NCBI RefSeq assembly: GCF_009914755.1 | Contig: NC_060936.1 | Strand: one strand, 5' to 3' | DNA: 64,000 bases | Origin: the human T2T-CHM13v2.0 reference genome, Homo sapiens | Shown: one piece after another, positions 51,002 to 64,000 of the stretch | How positions within the stretch are numbered: position 1 is the stretch's first letter | Layout: each line of letters opens with the position of its first letter | Translations under genes and position numbers: made by a program | The notes under the pieces: model-generated | Seen by the model: the letters and a program-made list of their open reading frames with translations, nothing else | Told to the model about the DNA's origin: nothing | The model's database searches: none

Positions 51002-51013
51002 GGGAAATGTAGT
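51002..51013 (-). promoter_or_regulatory. ZNF143/THAP11-type ACTACAnnTCCC motif
   Basis: + strand gggaaatgtagt = minus-strand ACTACATTTCCC, an exact match to the known promoter motif. Confidence 0.75.
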
Positions 51014-51100
51014 CCCTGCTCGGGCGCGGGCTCGGGCACGGGCGGGCTTCCCTCCGACCTGGCCCCCTCCCCCGTGCGCCCCGCCCCAACCGCTGCCGGG

Positions 51101-51117
51101 GATGGCGGAAGTGACGC
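51101..51117 (+). promoter_or_regulatory. YY1-like ATGGCGG overlapping a composite ETS-CRE motif GCGGAAGTGACGC
   Basis: gatggcggaagtgacgc; a further ETS site (cacttccgg) near 50948 and a YY1 motif (gccatcttg) over the ATG. Confidence 0.65.
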
Positions 51118-52679
51118 TCTGTTGCGGGGCAGGGACTTGGGACAGGCCGCGAGGGGAGGCGCGGGGCTCTGGCGCTCGTGGCCGAGCCTGCCCGCGACGG
51201 TGGTACGGCACGACCCGCGCGCGACTGCGCGCGCGTCTCTCTTAACCGTGGCCACGCCCGCGCCGGTGGACGACGTAACAGAGGCCTGGCCTACGACGTA
51301 TCCCATTCATTCATTCACGCGTTCGTTCTTTCAGCTCACGCGTTCGTTCTTTCAGCTCAGCCTGCATTGCGCGCGTTCCCTGCTGGCTCTGCAGTGAACG
51401 ACTGAGGTGGGGCTCATCGTCTTGCTCCTTCCTCAAAGGGAGGGCAAGACCGAAACTCGGTGGCAAAGCTCTGACTGGGGGTCTCTCCAGTTACTCACAC
51501 GCTGTTGGGGGAGTTTTGATGTTTAAATTGTATAAATCGGACCTCTGACACGCCCCTAGGCCCAGGGTAGGCTGAAGGAAAAGGGTTTGGAGCGAGTTGG
51601 AGGCGGGAAGAATGGTTCTGAACGCCTAGACCTAAAGGTTGAGACTCAGAATTGTTAACAGGACGAATGACCAAGGAGAGGTTTAAAGAACCCAGAGTAA
51701 TCCGTAAAGCAGAGATTACCTATAGAGTGCGAGGTCCTATGAGAGAATTAGAGTGGGGGTGCCCGAAAATTGAATTGTTGGGGAAGCGTTTTATCCTGAT
51801 GACGGATGGTTTGCTGTGTGATGGACTGTTTGCAAGCACTTTACTTCATCTTCACAGCAATCGTGAGGAGGTGTTGTTTCCATTTTACAAATGAGGCTTA
51901 GATAGTTAACCTTTTCCAAGGAGCTGTTTTGTCCCCAGGCAGATCCGCCAAGACCTGGCCCTTAACTACTTAACCACAGTGTTTCCTAGCACACTAACAG
52001 ACAGTAGATGGTGAATAAATGAAGACAAGACTGACCGTGCCTTCCAGGAACTTAGATTCCAATGGAGAAGAGAGACCAGTAAACAATTAGTTACAATCCA
52101 ATGTGTTAAGGGCTGTCTGTAATACAGGTTCCTCCAAGGTGCTATTTTAGCAGAGAGGCATTAACTGCTTGAGAACTCAGGGAAGCCTTCTTAAATAAGT
52201 GAAGTCCTCAATGATGAGTAAGAACCTACCTGACCTTGTAGGGAAGAGTATGCCAAGCATAGGAAATGGCCTGTGAAATGGCATTGAGCTATGAGAGAGA
52301 AAAAATAGTGCACTAAAGAAACTGGAACTCTGAATACAAGAAACCTACTAAGAACAATAAGAAATATTTTGTGCTGGCACGATGCTAAATGGTTAATAAA
52401 TTTAATACATCATTCAATTATGAAACAGATGAAGTAGTCTCTATTATTAACAGAACGTTTTAGATGAGAAGCCAAGGTTCAGAGGTAATAATGAGAATTT
52501 CAAATAACCAGAAGTCTGCAATAGGTGGTTCTGTGACTAGAAGAATCTGCAAAAGTAAATGAAGCTGGACAAAGATACTTTTCAGAATATTTTATAGAGG
52601 ACCCAGGATAATTCATGCTGGTAGGCAGAAAGGCAGAGTGCTATTGTGTTGGGAGTGTGTAGGTCTGCAGTCTGGGCAG

Positions 52680-53116
52680 GGCTTGGCAGGAAGGCACACT
52701 CTGCTTGTGCTGCATCAGCCTGTGCAACCAGAAGATTGGCTTCCATGATGGTTCACAAGGCGGGCAAGTTGGTGCTGGCTGTTAGTTTCACTCCAAGTGG
52801 GCCTCTCCCTGGGGCATCTTGGGCTTCCCCATTGCATGGTGGCTGGGCTCCAAGAGTAAGTGTTCTAGCAAGCTGAAATGGACACTAAATCGCCTTTTTT
52901 GACCCAGCCGTGGAAATCACATGGCCTCGTGGAAGTCAAATGGCATCACAATAACCATAATCCATCAGTCAATCAGCCACAAAACTCACCCTGTCTCAAG
53001 GGGCAGGGAACATGGACACCACCTCTTGAAAGGGGAGCTGCAAGACTCTAGGAACTAGCAGCATATATGTGATGGAAAGTATGGTTGTGGCCAATTTTGG
53101 GAAAGAAACTGCCACA
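52680..53116. mobile_element. MLT1 (ERVL-MaLR) LTR relic
   Basis: gcctttttt gacccagccgtggaaatcaca...tcaaggggcagggaacatggacaccacctcttga...ctgccaca. Confidence 0.6.
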
Positions 53117-53149
53117 TGTACAATATTTGTCAGAGTATGCTTACCAGCC

Positions 53150-53330
53150 ACCCGCCTTGGAATCATCTAGGGCACTGTTTTTTGTTTTGTTTTGTTTTGT
53201 TTTAAAAAAAGCATTCCTGCAGCTGGAGCCCTTCCCCCAGGGATTCTAATTCTCTAGGTCAGTGCTGAGACCTGGGAATCTGCATTTAAACATCAGGGGT
53301 AATTTTGATGGATACTAACACTTGAAGACA
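53150..53330. mobile_element. MER5A-like relic
   Basis: gaatcatctaggg...gattctaattctctaggtc...cctgggaatctgcatttaaaca. Confidence 0.6.
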
Positions 53331-53393
53331 AAAAATTCTGAACAAACGAGAACAAAAAAAACAATAAGCAAAACAAAAAGAGGTGCCAGGTGC

Positions 53394-59767
<6,374 letters not shown>

Positions 59768-59774
59768 CCGACTT

Positions 59775-60115
<341 letters not shown>

Positions 60116-60227
60116 TAATGGGTCATACTTGCACTCCCTCTAACACCATAATTTTCACATCTGGTTGCCTTTTCACAAGTGGTTCTCCACCCCATCTGCC
60201 TGATGGTTTCTTGCCCTCCTCCATGAA

Positions 60228-60863
60228 TGTTATATGTAAAATGTTTATTTAAAAACAGAATGCTTGTTCCTTGGTACCACAAGGAAAAATTAGCATTCAG
60301 ACAAAAATTCTCTCAACGAGGCAATTTTACTTTCTGCAGAAAGGGTGCTCCTCGCAGATGGAACAATGGTGACAGCACATCTGAACAAAGGAGGGAAGCA
60401 ATTTTTATTCCTTATGCAGCTTGTCCTTGCTACTGTGTCCTGTCTCCATTGGCTGGAGCCAGACCTCACAGTCTAAACTGCACCCGATTGGTAACAGCTT
60501 AAAAACTTTTAAAAATAGGTAAAAGCAATGGAGAACAGAGGAAAAGAGGAAGTTGCTTACCAAAGGACTTAGAAAAGTAATAATATTCCCAAATAAGGAA
60601 GGGGCATAGGCTGCGAGCTGGGACATGCCTGTGAGCACGTCCAGCACAAATATCTTGGTTAAAGTACAAGGACATAGAAAGTACTATGTGCCTGTGAGCA
60701 TGTCTAACAGCTACATAGGATAGGGCTTAACAGAGAGTTATTTGCACAAAGCAAGGAGGCTTAAAGGAAGTTAGTCTTTAAAAGAAATTATTATTTCTAA
60801 CACTTATGATTTATTCTTTAACAAGAAGGGAAACTTTGAAGAGGAAACTTTTTACTTTCTACA
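60228..60863 (-). mobile_element. ERV1 LTR10-family solo LTR with p53 half-sites
   Basis: TGT...ACA termini flanked by atgaa / gtgaa (5-bp TSD, one mismatch); homologous to the 21.4-22.0 kb LTR. Confidence 0.85.
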
Positions 60864-61080
60864 GTGAAGTTTTCTCCATGTTCTCCAAAACACCTTGTTC
60901 ATCATGTTCTAACAACAGTCACTTGTAATAATCTGTTTACCTGTCTCCTTCACCACATTGTGCACCCCTTTAAGGCAGGGAACACCATATTCTTCTTTGT
61001 TATGTGTTCAGCAGTAACATAATGGCTGCACACATTCTCTCCTTCCTGCCTTCACTCATTCTCTGCCTATGATGTATTAT

Positions 61081-64000
<2,920 letters not shown>

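Larger units (their letters stand above)
50150..51420. promoter_or_regulatory. CpG island / UBE2N promoter and first exon
   Basis: Abrupt, very GC- and CpG-rich block spanning exon 1 within AT-rich, CpG-depleted flanks. Confidence 0.95.

Noticed and set aside
50264-51397. 377-aa + strand ORF and overlapping long ORFs
   Set aside because: Non-ATG start, low-complexity P/R/A/G content, and a lack of stops explained by the CpG island's GC content; no recognisable domain.

Overview
Primate (almost certainly human, 12q22) euchromatic DNA, very Alu-rich. It holds the 3' part of NUDT4 on the + strand: four coding exons at 3582-3692, 4462-4506, 7740/7743-7827 and 8150-8352, then a long 3'UTR; the first exon lies upstream of the window. 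It also holds the complete UBE2N/Ubc13 gene on the - strand (CDS 50840-50869, 20031-20277, 19712-19852, 19017-19057; 152 aa), tail-to-tail with NUDT4, with a CpG-island promoter at about 50.1-51.4 kb. The last ~12 kb is repeat-dominated intergenic DNA. Nearly all other ORFs in the track are Alu-derived or GC-rich artefacts. I see no convincing new multi-gene system. The best leads are local: a tandem duplication of the NUDT4 exon end that creates a second splice donor or micro-exon, a near-perfect 424-bp Alu-Alu recombination duplication, a double fold-back hairpin, an open UBE2N intron 2, a candidate UBE2N poison exon, and two LTR10-type solo LTRs with contrasting promoter motifs. Repeat subfamily names and edges are by eye and approximate.
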